Source: Armatimonadota bacterium (GTDB lineage Bacteria > Armatimonadota > SYMT01). From it: a stretch of 64,000 nt of DNA. The stretch spans positions 128,001 through 192,000 of the forward strand of contig JAWLHY010000006.1 of the NCBI GenBank assembly GCA_041690135.1. The letters run 5' to 3'. Below, one piece after another: positions 1 to 9,425 of this stretch (within the stretch, counting starts at the first letter, position 1; each line of letters opens with the position of its first letter). The translations under genes were made by a program, and so were the position numbers. The notes beneath the pieces are model-generated. The model had not been told where the DNA came from and did no database searches. It saw nothing but the letters and a program-made list of their open reading frames with translations.

Positions 1-723
1 CCGCTCCTGAAGGATTGGGAGCACGTCCCGGTAATAGGTCACCGCGGCCTCCCGCTCCTGCTGGCGCGTCTTCGGCTGGTTGTAGACGATGGTGCAACCG
101 AAGGGGCGGGTGACCGGGTTCTTCACTTCCCGTCCCGCAAGCACGGCGTCGAGCGCCGACTGCAGATCCTTCGTCGTCACGAAATTCCGCTTCTCGGTGC
201 GGCTCGCGTAGGCGTTGTCGATCCGGCCGCGGTATCGGACGATGCGCTGCTCATCCAGGACGAAAGCTTCCGGAGTGATCCGAGCCGCCAGCCCGCGCGC
301 GAGCACCTGGCGATCATCCTTCAGCACGGGGAAGGAGTAGCGATAGGCACGGGCGTGCTGGTGGGCGCCTTTCAACTCTCCGGGATTGGCGTTAACGGCC
401 AGGAACTGCACGCCTCGGCGACGGTAGCTTTCCGCCAACTCGGAAAGGGGTGCCGCATAGCCGTTGGCAATGGGACACCGGGTGCCGATGAAGACCACCA
501 CCATGGCCTTCTTTTCGGCATACTGTTCCAGCGTGCGCGTTTTGCCGTTGGTGTCCCGGAGCCGAAACTCCGGCATCTGCTGCCCAATCGTCTGCTCCGG
601 TGCCGGAAGCGCTTCATCCGCCCTGGGGGCGGCCAGCGACACCAGTGTAAGTGTTGCGGCGGCAATCAGCCCTACCTGCATCGGGGCGAGCCGGCGCCCT
701 CGACTGGTCCGGAAGTGCTCCAT
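1..723 (-). CDS. Exported redoxin (AhpC/TSA thioredoxin-fold) domain protein, truncated at window edge
   Basis: Manually translated (absent from ORF track because it has no stop in the window): MEHFRTS...signal-like hydrophobic stretch...IGQQMPEFRLRDTNGK...VVVFIGTRCPIAN...TPEAFVLD...YRGRIDN...GCTI...VTYYRDVLPILQER. Confidence 0.8.
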   Translation of the reverse strand, partial: MEHFRTSRGRRLAPMQVGLIAAATLTLVSLAAPRADEALPAPEQTIGQQMPEFRLRDTNGKTRTLEQYAEKKAMVVVFIGTRCPIANGYAAPLSELAESYRRRGVQFLAVNANPGELKGAHQHARAYRYSFPVLKDDRQVLARGLAARITPEAFVLDEQRIVRYRGRIDNAYASRTEKRNFVTTKDLQSALDAVLAGREVKNPVTRPFGCTIVYNQPKTRQQEREAAVTYYRDVLPILQER

Positions 724-901
724 GGTGACCCTCGACTATCCTGAACGCCCGGGACGGGTCCCAGAGCGACCTTCCCGGGCCGAGTCCTCTCGGAAAAACC
801 CAGATCGAGGGGCTTGAGCCGGGTACCGGCGAGCCCCTCGTCTGTTTATATGTTGGCCCAACCGCCTGGAGCAACGGTGCTTTCGCGCAGTCTTGCTCCG
901 G

Positions 902-1156
902 TTAATCCTCCTCTTCGAAGAGATCCTCGTCTTCTTCCAGCCAGGCTTCTTCCTCACCGCCGTGGGCATGGTCCGGACCCGACACCTCCAGGGCAATCTC
1001 GAACGCGCCGGCCTTGATGCTGATTGCGATCCGGCTCACCCCGTATGGAAAGACATCGGACTCAGTGATATCGGGACCGGCCGCCTGCCGGAGCAGGTCT
1101 TCGGCTGCCGCCTTCACTTCCGAAAGGGTGGCGGTTTGTTCCGGTTTGTCGCTCAT
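902..1156 (-). CDS. Small acidic hypothetical protein
   Basis: ORF 902..1240; likely start MSDKPEQ at 1156; very acidic C-terminal tail. Confidence 0.55.
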   Translation of the reverse strand: MSDKPEQTATLSEVKAAAEDLLRQAAGPDITESDVFPYGVSRIAISIKAGAFEIALEVSGPDHAHGGEEEAWLEEDEDLFEEED

Positions 1157-1276
1157 GACTATCTCCTTTGCCGTCTTCGGCACTCGCACATCTCGGACAT
1201 CGTGGGGAATCGCTCCCCCGTGGAAACGGTGGGGCGGCATGCCTATCTGACCCGTTGTTGGGACTGCCGAAACGTT

Positions 1277-2398
1277 CTAACGCTTGAACCGGTAGGTCCG
1301 CAGGTTCCCGGTGGGGATCCCGCTGCTCACGATGGCGAGGCGACCGTCGCCATCCAGACCCACCAGGTACGTCTGTCCCGGCCCCAACTCCGAATCGATC
1401 ACCTGGCCGCGCCAGGTGGAAAGGGCCCCGTCCTCGGGGCAGTACACCCGGAGGTCCGCACCCGGACGGAAGCTGCCGGTCACAATTTCCGGAAGGCCGT
1501 CGCCGTTCACGTCCCCACAGGCCAGCGAGTGACCCCCTTCCAGATCGTCTGCAATTACCACTCGCTCCCAGTCCGGCGTCCGCGGGTCCGCGGGCGCGCG
1601 GTACCAGCAGAGGGTGTTTCCGTGCCACGGCTCGATGGCGGCAATCCCCAGCAACTCGCCGGAGCGACCCAACAGCACGTGGGCCTCACTGGTTTCCCGT
1701 TCGCTGATCCGGTGGCGCTCCCAGGCCCCTCCCCCCATCGGTTCATACCAAAACAAGCCTTCCCGCGCGCCGACCAGAAGGTCCGTCCCCGGTCCCTCCC
1801 CGATCTGGGCAAAGGATAACCCGTGGTTCAGGCGAAGGTGCCCATCGATGACCGTTAGAGGCCACGGATCGACCGCGGGATCCTCCGGGATCCGGTAGAA
1901 GCCCAGCCAACCCGGATCGCTCCAGTCCAGGTGCGAGCCCTCCGGTCCCCGGATCGTCGCCACGATCAACTCCCGTTGCCCGTCGCCGTCCACGTCCGCC
2001 CACCCGATCCGGTGGATAAACGGCACCCGGTCGATCAGGAATTCCTCCCATTCACCTTCCGGGTCCTCCGGTTGACGCAGCCAGTGGAGGCAGGCCTCCT
2101 GCGCCTGGATCCCGGGATTGAAGCCACTGGCAAGTGCCACGTCGGGACGACCGTCCCCGTCGATGTCGTGCACGGCGATCCCGATGTTGCCGCGGTAAGA
2201 CCTGCTGATCACGACCCGCCGCCAGTCCGGGGCCTGGTACCAGGCCAGGAACGGTTCGGCGGTGGAGCCGACCACCAGATCCGGACGTCCGTCGCCATCG
2301 AGGTCCGCGACATCCAAACCGTACAGGCTGGGAACGGCTTCGACCTCTTCGATCAAGAACTGCATCAATCGATACCTGTGTGAAAACGTGAGGCGCAT
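1277..2398 (-). CDS. FG-GAP/VCBS-repeat beta-propeller protein
   Basis: Repeated DxDGDGxxD motifs (DLDGDGRPDL, DIDGDGRPDV, DVDGDGQREL, DVNGDGLPEI). Confidence 0.85.
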   Translation of the reverse strand: MRLTFSHRYRLMQFLIEEVEAVPSLYGLDVADLDGDGRPDLVVGSTAEPFLAWYQAPDWRRVVISRSYRGNIGIAVHDIDGDGRPDVALASGFNPGIQAQEACLHWLRQPEDPEGEWEEFLIDRVPFIHRIGWADVDGDGQRELIVATIRGPEGSHLDWSDPGWLGFYRIPEDPAVDPWPLTVIDGHLRLNHGLSFAQIGEGPGTDLLVGAREGLFWYEPMGGGAWERHRISERETSEAHVLLGRSGELLGIAAIEPWHGNTLCWYRAPADPRTPDWERVVIADDLEGGHSLACGDVNGDGLPEIVTGSFRPGADLRVYCPEDGALSTWRGQVIDSELGPGQTYLVGLDGDGRLAIVSSGIPTGNLRTYRFKR

Positions 2399-2401
2399 CG
2401 G

Positions 2402-2626
2402 CTACCGGCGGTTCGCCGGAACCTCCCATACCACGGCTCTCCAACCGTCCCGGATCAATTCTTGGGCGTATTCAATCGCTTCCTGATAGTTATCGGCGAC
2501 CGCCAGGTGTCCCTCGCGGCTGTTGGGGTCCGCCGCGGCCACCAGTGCCGAATGCGGCGCTTCCACCAGCGCCCGCGCCACCGCCACGTGGAAATCCTGA
2601 TCCAATTCCAGCACGACTACCGCCAT
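2402..2626 (-). CDS. Small hypothetical protein (74 aa)
   Basis: Protein-like composition, RBS-like GAGGAA upstream, ends 3 nt before the FG-GAP ORF. Confidence 0.6.
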   Translation of the reverse strand: MAVVVLELDQDFHVAVARALVEAPHSALVAAADPNSREGHLAVADNYQEAIEYAQELIRDGWRAVVWEVPANRR

Positions 2627-2790
2627 TGTGTTCCTCGTTCGATCAACGCTAATGGGCCGCCATCGCGGAAGGAAAACACCCGCAATCGGGAACGGAACGG
2701 GAGTTCCGCACCGGCATCATCATTCAGTTCTACTTCCCTACCGGGCTCTTCGTGCCCTGAAAAGCCGTCCGATTTCACCCGCACCCGCAT
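2617..2790 (-). CDS. Possible 57-aa hypothetical protein
   Basis: C-terminal part of ORF 2617..3015 from MRVRVKSDG; overlaps the next start by 10 nt. Confidence 0.35.
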   Translation of the reverse strand: MRVRVKSDGFSGHEEPGREVELNDDAGAELPFRSRLRVFSFRDGGPLALIERGTQWR

Positions 2791-3054
2791 TCGCTCGCTC
2801 TTGCCTGTTCGGATCCTGGTGCCGAAACGGAGAGAAGGCGCGGCGTACCGCTTGCTACATGTGCTTTCGAAGGACCTGCTTCCCACTCCTTCACGGGTGC
2901 GTTCGAACGCGATGGTCGTTCTCCTGGAGGGTGAACCCCCGCACGGCGATCCTGTCTTCGGCTCGATACCATGGCAGTGCCGCGCTTCACTGCCGCCGGG
3001 GGATATGCACCGCATAATCCACCCATCGGACCGCTACACTACGTGTTGAGGCAG

Positions 3055-4836
3055 ATGATGATCCACAGCCGCACCCAGTTGGGAAACCTCCTGCTCCGTC
3101 ATGGAACGATCACCGAATCCCAGCTCCAGGCCGCGCTCCAACATTCTCGCGAACACAACTGCCGAATCGGTGAAGCCCTGATCGCCCTGGGGCTCTGTTC
3201 CGAGGTGGAAATCGGCCGCGTGCTGGCCCAGCAAATGGAGATCCCCTTCGTCGACCTCCGCCAGACTCCGCCCGTCGCGCAGGTGCTGCGCCTCATCCCC
3301 CGCGAAACGGCCCAGGCGCTGAGCATCATCCCGGTACGGATGGAGAATGGGCGCCTGCTGGTGGCGGCAGCCAACCCGTTCGATATCCGAATCGACGAGT
3401 TGGTGCGCAAGGTGACCGGGCTGCCGGTCCTCGTCGCCAGCACCGCGGAATCCCAGCTCCGGGAGGCCCTGCGGAACTGGACCCAACTCCTCGCGACAGC
3501 TCCGGCAAATGCAGCGGCCGTCTCCCCGCGCCAGGCGTTCCCCGGATCGTCCGCTCCGGCCGTGGCGGAAAACAAGCTGATCGCCCGCGCCGAACACCCG
3601 GACATCGTGCAGCGGGTGAACGCCCTGCTGGCGGACGCGGTCCGCACGGGGGCCACCGACATTCACTTTGAGCCGGACGGCGACGGAGTAAAAGTGCGCT
3701 GCCGAGTCGACGGTCACATGCACGGGTTGGCGCGAATTCCCGCCGAGTGGGCGCCGGCCATGCTGGCGCGCGTCAAAATCGCGAGCGGCATCTCGCTGGA
3801 GCGTCCCGGAGACCCTCGGAGGGGGACCTGCCGGTTCCGCGTAGACGGAAGGTCGCTTGAGTGGAAGGTCAGCGCCGTTCCGGGAGTAGAGGGCGAGGTG
3901 ATCGTCCTGCGCGACATGCCACTCTCCCGCGGTCCGCTTCCGCTGGCCGATCTGGGGCTCTCACCTGGCATGCTGTCGGAGCTCACCGGGCTCCTGAACG
4001 GCGGCGCGGGTGGACTGTTGCTGATCTCCGGGACCGCGGGTTCCGGAAAGACGACGACCCTCTACGCGCTCCTCGACTACCTGAACGCGGACGACCGCCA
4101 CATCGTCAGCATCCAGAGGTCACCGGAGCCGAAGCTTAGAGGCGTGCACCAGCTATTGTCGGACAGCACGGAAGGGCGGTCTCCCTCTTTCCTGCTTCGC
4201 GCTTGCCTGGAGCAAGAGCCGGATTTGGTGATCCTGGACGAGATTTCGGACGGGGAAACGGCGGAAATCGCCTGCCGCGCGTCGCTCACCGGAAGGCTCC
4301 TGTTGAGCACGCTTCCGGCTCCTTCCGCGCCGAGCGCCATTGCGCGCCTCCTGGACATGGGCGTCGCTCCTCACATTGCGGGCACGGCGCTGGCCGGAGT
4401 GCTCAACCAGCGCCTGGTCCGCCAGGTCTGCTCGTACTGCCGCGCGGAGCATCAACCGGCCGCGGAACTACGGCGTTCCCTTCACCTCTGCTTCGGGCAG
4501 GACGACGGCGGCTCTTATCAGCGGGGACTGGGCTGCGACCGATGCCTGCACCGGGGGGTCCACGGCCGTACCGGCGTCTTCGAACTGTTGACGTTCGACG
4601 ACGATCTCCGTTACCTGCTGGCAGAGCGAGCGGTACCGAGCGCCATCCAGCAGCACATCGACCGCGGCGGCTTCCTGAGCCTGGAGCACGATGCCTACGC
4701 CAAGGCTCGTGCCGGCCGGATACCACCGGAGGAGATCCTCCAGTTGGGCCTCGGGGTGGCCTCCGCGGTGGAGCGCCGCCCGAGCATACAAGTCACGTCC
4801 CCCGGCATACCGGATTTCCCATCGTCGCACTCCTGA
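3055..4836 (+). CDS. GspE/PilB-family secretion ATPase homologue with MshEN-like N-terminus; catalytic motifs degenerate
   Basis: QLGNLLLRHG...RIGEALIALG; ATDIHFEP; Walker A GTAGSGKT; Cys4 CSYC...CDRC; GRTGVFELL. Confidence 0.9.
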   Translation: MMIHSRTQLGNLLLRHGTITESQLQAALQHSREHNCRIGEALIALGLCSEVEIGRVLAQQMEIPFVDLRQTPPVAQVLRLIPRETAQALSIIPVRMENGRLLVAAANPFDIRIDELVRKVTGLPVLVASTAESQLREALRNWTQLLATAPANAAAVSPRQAFPGSSAPAVAENKLIARAEHPDIVQRVNALLADAVRTGATDIHFEPDGDGVKVRCRVDGHMHGLARIPAEWAPAMLARVKIASGISLERPGDPRRGTCRFRVDGRSLEWKVSAVPGVEGEVIVLRDMPLSRGPLPLADLGLSPGMLSELTGLLNGGAGGLLLISGTAGSGKTTTLYALLDYLNADDRHIVSIQRSPEPKLRGVHQLLSDSTEGRSPSFLLRACLEQEPDLVILDEISDGETAEIACRASLTGRLLLSTLPAPSAPSAIARLLDMGVAPHIAGTALAGVLNQRLVRQVCSYCRAEHQPAAELRRSLHLCFGQDDGGSYQRGLGCDRCLHRGVHGRTGVFELLTFDDDLRYLLAERAVPSAIQQHIDRGGFLSLEHDAYAKARAGRIPPEEILQLGLGVASAVERRPSIQVTSPGIPDFPSSHS

Positions 4837-4964
4837 CGGCGTCCGGGCGCCAATCCCGAACCCGGCATCCTTATCGTAGTCCTAATCCAACACGGCCCCC
4901 GGGTCAGGGAAGTCGTCCTTACGCGGCCGTGGTTAACCCTTCCGCCGTACTGTGCCGCCCTCCG

Positions 4965-5915
4965 CTACATCGGAAGAACCTCCCAGTCGCGGATCGAGAT
5001 CTCCTTCCGAAACCGCCGGATGACCTCGTGCACTTCGTTCATCGACGTGGTCAGGTAGAGGTCGTCCGGATAAAGCAGGCGTTTGGCCACTGCGTCCAGC
5101 CGAAAGGCCCAGTAAAGAGTCATCAACGGATTGATATACAGTTGGCTCCCGCGGGTCCGCTCCGTTACGTGATAGTCGCCGAACTGTCCGGCAATGGCGG
5201 AGAGGATCGAGGTGCAAACGATGCTGGGGTACCGGCGCATCGCCTGGATGACCGCCACCGTGGCCTCGTGATAACGGAGCACCTCCGGCATCTCCGCCGT
5301 GAGGCTCCAGGCCCCGAGGAAATTGCCGGACCGGGTGAGTTCGGCCACGCCCTCCAGGAAGTGCGAGTGGCAGACCCCATGAAACCGGTCGATGCCGAAA
5401 CCCAGGCACACCAGCAATTTGCGCTCCATCGGAAGCCCGTGGACCGCCGCGAGGCTGGCAATGTCTTCCTCCGGGGTACCCAACCCGACTTCGTCGCCTC
5501 GCATCAGGCTATCCGTGCCGCCGTCCACCAGGATGACCGTGTCGAGTTCCAACTCGTCCGCGAGGGTTTCGTAGGCTTCCGTCAGGGGCCGCACCCCCGT
5601 CTTCCGGAAGGTGTAGATCGGCACCTCTTCACCCTGCTGCGCGAACCAGCGCGCCAGGTGTAGCTCCGGGAAGTAGACTTCGTCCCCTCGGGACTCAGCA
5701 GTCACCCGGACGACCGCGGGCGTCAACCAATGGCCAGCCTGGCGCTCCAGTGAGGAGAAGGAGAGATTGGCGAGGTAAACGGTCACTCCCGCTTCGCGTA
5801 GCCCGAAATAGAGCGGCAGTCCGCTGAACACGTCGAACCCGCCCCCCGCCCCCGCGATCAGTATGCGCCTGGCGTCCTTCAACTCCGCCGCCACCGGCAA
5901 GCGCAAGATGTCCAT
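4965..5915 (-). CDS. DUF1152-family protein
   Basis: LIAGAGGGFDVFSGLPLY, LVDGGTDSLMRGDE, LGTPEED, GFGIDRFHG motifs. Confidence 0.85.
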   Translation of the reverse strand: MDILRLPVAAELKDARRILIAGAGGGFDVFSGLPLYFGLREAGVTVYLANLSFSSLERQAGHWLTPAVVRVTAESRGDEVYFPELHLARWFAQQGEEVPIYTFRKTGVRPLTEAYETLADELELDTVILVDGGTDSLMRGDEVGLGTPEEDIASLAAVHGLPMERKLLVCLGFGIDRFHGVCHSHFLEGVAELTRSGNFLGAWSLTAEMPEVLRYHEATVAVIQAMRRYPSIVCTSILSAIAGQFGDYHVTERTRGSQLYINPLMTLYWAFRLDAVAKRLLYPDDLYLTTSMNEVHEVIRRFRKEISIRDWEVLPM

Positions 5916-6133
5916 TGTTCCGTCTCCACCATCAGAATCCGGCAAGCGCATGAATGCCACATTCATGATCGCAGAAACCGAGAGCCGGCGCCACGCCTTC
6001 CCCGTACGCAAAAACGGGAGTGCCTCCTGCAAAGGCACTCCCGTCATTCCGGTGCTATGGCGGATCTATCCGAACGCATCCCGCCCCACGTCCGAGGCAC
6101 AATCCCTGTTCTTGCAGCCGCCTCGCACGTAAG

Positions 6134-6161
6134 CCTCACGCGTCACGTTTCACGCCTCACG
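6134..6161. repeat. Four tandem heptamers (nnTCACG)
   Basis: cctcacg cgtcacg tttcacg cctcacg just past the stop of the ABC permease gene. Confidence 0.75.
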
Positions 6162-6165
6162 CAGC

Positions 6166-7029
6166 TTACACTTCCTTCTTGCTGAAGGCGAGAACTCCCG
6201 CATAGACCATCACGGCGATATAGAGAACCCCGTAGAGGGACACCGTGCTGATGTAGATCAGCGGGGTCGTCTTGATCGCTACTTCCGGCCTTACAAGGCC
6301 GCCCATCACGTTGATGTCGTAGAAGTGAGGCGTAAGGTAGTAAGCGCCTTTCAACAGCCACGGCACCAGCACCATACCCTCGTCCTGCCGGTTCGCCAGC
6401 GCCAGGATGATCCACTGGAGCGACCCCAGGATCCACATAAAGGCGGTCACCGAAAAGTTCACCGTGGCGGTGAGAAACAGCGACAGGAAAGTGGCGATAG
6501 CCGTGATCGCGATCATCTGGAAGAAGACCAGCAGGCCCCCGATCAGAATCGGCACGGCCTGCCGCACCACGGCCTGCAGCCACGAGATCTGCGCTCCCGC
6601 CTGCCCGCTCTGCGCCGCCGCGCCCGCGGCGGCGGATGGCAGCGCGGCGAAGATCATGATCGCGACGAGCAGGACAGCCGTCATCACCCCCACCATGAGG
6701 CCGGCCGTAAGACTGCCGCCGAGGAACTTGCCGACAAAGAACTCCCAACGCTGCACCGGTTTAGACAGCACCGAGTAGATCGTCCGCCGCTCGATTTCCG
6801 TAGGGATCAGGAAGACGGCGGTGGTTATGGCGATCAACGCCCCAAAGATCAGAACGACGATCATCTGGCCGGGCGTGTAGAGTTCCGCTCGGTTCGCCGC
6901 CGCGTTGTACTGGATCAGCACCGCCAGGCCAAGCGTGACGATGGCGAGCACCAAAAAGACCGCCAGCACCCTTTTGCGGATGGTGTCCTCGAGAGTATTG
7001 CGGGCTATCTCCCACGTGTTCGCGAACAT
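6166..7029 (-). CDS. ABC-2 type transporter permease
   Basis: Multiple TM helices; EIERRTIYSVLSKPVQRWEFFVGKFLG signature; GGAGG RBS. Confidence 0.85.
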   Translation of the reverse strand: MFANTWEIARNTLEDTIRKRVLAVFLVLAIVTLGLAVLIQYNAAANRAELYTPGQMIVVLIFGALIAITTAVFLIPTEIERRTIYSVLSKPVQRWEFFVGKFLGGSLTAGLMVGVMTAVLLVAIMIFAALPSAAAGAAAQSGQAGAQISWLQAVVRQAVPILIGGLLVFFQMIAITAIATFLSLFLTATVNFSVTAFMWILGSLQWIILALANRQDEGMVLVPWLLKGAYYLTPHFYDINVMGGLVRPEVAIKTTPLIYISTVSLYGVLYIAVMVYAGVLAFSKKEV

Positions 7030-7229
7030 GTGTCCTCCACGCCGCTTCTCATAAGCGGGGATCGAGTGGGATGAAGTGTTAAACGGGGCCGGCGAGTCGT
7101 GGAAGCAACAGACTCGAACCGGTGCGGAAACGGTCCCCCATCCTATCGGGCTGAGGGGTCAGAGGGTTTGCCGTCCGTCCCGTAAAGATAACGGTTCAGG
7201 CCCCGACCCCGGTTCCCGGTGGCGACAGT

Positions 7230-8564
7230 TCAGCCTTCAAACAGCGCGGTGAGGGCGGGGATCAATTGCTTCTTGCGCGAAACCATCCGGCCGAGATCCC
7301 ACTCCCCCTCCGCGGTGTGGGCGAAGGGCAGCGCGTTCAGCAGCCGGGCCTCCCCGCGGCACAGGAGACGAGAGCAGCCGTGCACGATATCCGTGACCAT
7401 CAGGCAGGCTAGCGCGAGGCCCTCTGTGTTCCGTCGCGATTCGAGTGCCTCCAGCAGCCGTTCGCGAGCTTCGGGGAGCTCTTCAAAGTCCGGCACCTCT
7501 ACCTGGGCCACGCTCAGATCGTCCCCGCCCATGCCGTAGGCTTTGCGGTCGGCGTCCACAATCTCGCCGGCATCCCGGTCCACCAATCCGGGTGAGGCCT
7601 GCAGTAGTTCCTGGCCGTACCGTTCCGGGCTGACGGAGATCAGTGCCGCCAACCAGCCGGCCGCGCCGACGTCACGAGGGGTGCTGGTGGGCGACCGGAA
7701 GACGAGGGTGTCGGAGAGAATGCCGCTAAGCAGCATTCCGGAAATGGATGGCGGCGGCACCAGGCCGGCTTGAAGAATTCGTTCCGCCACCAGGCTGGAA
7801 GTACTGCCCACGGGGTCCACCACGAACGGAATGGGGGTTGCGGTTGGCGGATTGCCGAGGCGGTGGTGGTCCAGCACGCCGACGATCTCTGCCTCTTCCG
7901 CACCTGAAACGGCCTGGGAAAGTTCGTTGTGATCGACGAGAATGACCCGCGCGCGCGGGGGTTCGAGAATCCGCACACGGGTCGCCAGCCCGACGTAGCG
8001 GCCGGCATCATCCACAATGAGGAATTCTTCTGTCTCGCTGCGGAGCAGACCGCGCCGGTAATCGCTGATCTTCTCCTCCGCCCGGTACACGGGCACCGAC
8101 TCCACCGCGGAGCCGGCGGTCCGGGTCAGCACGTCTGCGGTATTCCCCGCCGCCGTGGCGTCCGCCAGGGCCCGCGCCAGCATCATGGGGGTGACCAACC
8201 CTACCGCCGTTCCGTCCGGGCCGACCACGGGCACGACCCGAGCGCCCGCGCGGAACTGGTCGATGACGTCGGTGAGGGGAGCGTCGGGAGGCACTGCGAC
8301 GGTGGCCCGAGCGGCGTGTCCGAACGTCGGCGCCACGGAGGGAAGCAAGACGGGCGGCTCCGCGGAAAACCGCTCCAGCGCAAACGCAGCCTGAACGGAG
8401 ATCAACCCGGCGCGCGCGGCAACCACGGACTGGTCGCCACGTGCTTTCAGCAACCACGCATACCCCAACGCCGCGGCAATGGCATCCGTGTCCGGGCGCT
8501 GGTGTCCTACTACGTATGTCAGCGCGGGTGACCAGCCGACATGGGGAATTTCAAAAGAGGGCAT
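7230..8564 (-). CDS. ppaC: Manganese-dependent inorganic pyrophosphatase (family II) with CBS-like insert
   Basis: GHQRPDTD, VDHNE, LDHHR, GILSDT, SRKKQ motifs. Confidence 0.9.
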   Translation of the reverse strand: MPSFEIPHVGWSPALTYVVGHQRPDTDAIAAALGYAWLLKARGDQSVVAARAGLISVQAAFALERFSAEPPVLLPSVAPTFGHAARATVAVPPDAPLTDVIDQFRAGARVVPVVGPDGTAVGLVTPMMLARALADATAAGNTADVLTRTAGSAVESVPVYRAEEKISDYRRGLLRSETEEFLIVDDAGRYVGLATRVRILEPPRARVILVDHNELSQAVSGAEEAEIVGVLDHHRLGNPPTATPIPFVVDPVGSTSSLVAERILQAGLVPPPSISGMLLSGILSDTLVFRSPTSTPRDVGAAGWLAALISVSPERYGQELLQASPGLVDRDAGEIVDADRKAYGMGGDDLSVAQVEVPDFEELPEARERLLEALESRRNTEGLALACLMVTDIVHGCSRLLCRGEARLLNALPFAHTAEGEWDLGRMVSRKKQLIPALTALFEG

Positions 8565-8593
8565 TGTTTAGCACCGGTCCTCAACTTACCGGT

Positions 8594-9169
8594 ATGGCTC
8601 ATGAAATGGAAGAAAAACAGTTAGTCCGAATCAGCAAGTATCTGGCGAAACACCTGCGCCACGAGCCGGAAGCCCTGGGCCTCACGCTCGAGCCGGGCGG
8701 CTGGGTGCCCGTCGAGGCGCTGCTCTCCGCCTGCAACCGGCGCGGTTTCTCCCTGACCCGAAAAGAGTTGGACGAAGTGGTCTCGCGCAACAGCAAGCAG
8801 CGATTCTCCTTCGATTCCACGGGCGCCCGCATCCGCGCCAACCAGGGGCACAGCACCGAAGTCGACCTTCAACTCGAGCCGGTCGAACCGCCGGCCGTGC
8901 TCTATCACGGTACGCACCACCGCGCCGCCGACGCGGTGGTGCACACAGGTCTCCAGCGGATGTCCCGCCACCACGTGCACCTTTCCTCCGACATTCCCAC
9001 GGCCGAAACGGTGGGGGCCCGCCGCGGCCGTCCCGTGATCTTCCGGATAGACGCGGCGGGTATGCGCGCAGCGGGACATCTCTTCTATCGTTCCGAAAAC
9101 GGCGTGTGGCTCACGGATGCGGTGCCTCCGGAGTTCCTCCAACGCATCGACCCGAGGGCGAACTCCTAA
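8594..9169 (+). CDS. kptA: RNA 2'-phosphotransferase (Tpt1/KptA)
   Basis: SKYLAKHLRH, KQRF, IRANQGHS, LYHGT, RHHVHLS, NGVWL. Confidence 0.95.
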   Translation: MAHEMEEKQLVRISKYLAKHLRHEPEALGLTLEPGGWVPVEALLSACNRRGFSLTRKELDEVVSRNSKQRFSFDSTGARIRANQGHSTEVDLQLEPVEPPAVLYHGTHHRAADAVVHTGLQRMSRHHVHLSSDIPTAETVGARRGRPVIFRIDAAGMRAAGHLFYRSENGVWLTDAVPPEFLQRIDPRANS

Positions 9170-9425
9170 CGACAAGCCGCAACCACCGACCAACGCGCAC
9201 TCCTCTGTTCCACTCTTTCGTTCCCTTCGCCGCCTCCGCGTCTTTCCCATATGGGCAAGCTCGCGTGTTTCCATACGGACGCATGCGCCGCGGGCAGAAA
9301 CGCCCCAGCGAACGCCGAGGAGAGCCGCAGTCGCCCGGAGAATTCTGCATGAGAGCGTCGGGTCCCTTCTGAAGCCGCGGCCGGTCTTCCGGACGGGATC
9401 TCCGGGACGCACGGAGTTATCTGGC

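Noticed and set aside
7040-7200. c-di-GMP-I riboswitch upstream of the ABC permease (GGCAAACC on the minus strand)
   Set aside because: The GNRA-capped P2 and downstream GCAAAG/P3 elements are not evident
8594-9169. KptA as part of an RNA repair or toxin system
   Set aside because: No ligase, RtcB, nuclease or antitoxin neighbours; a common stand-alone gene
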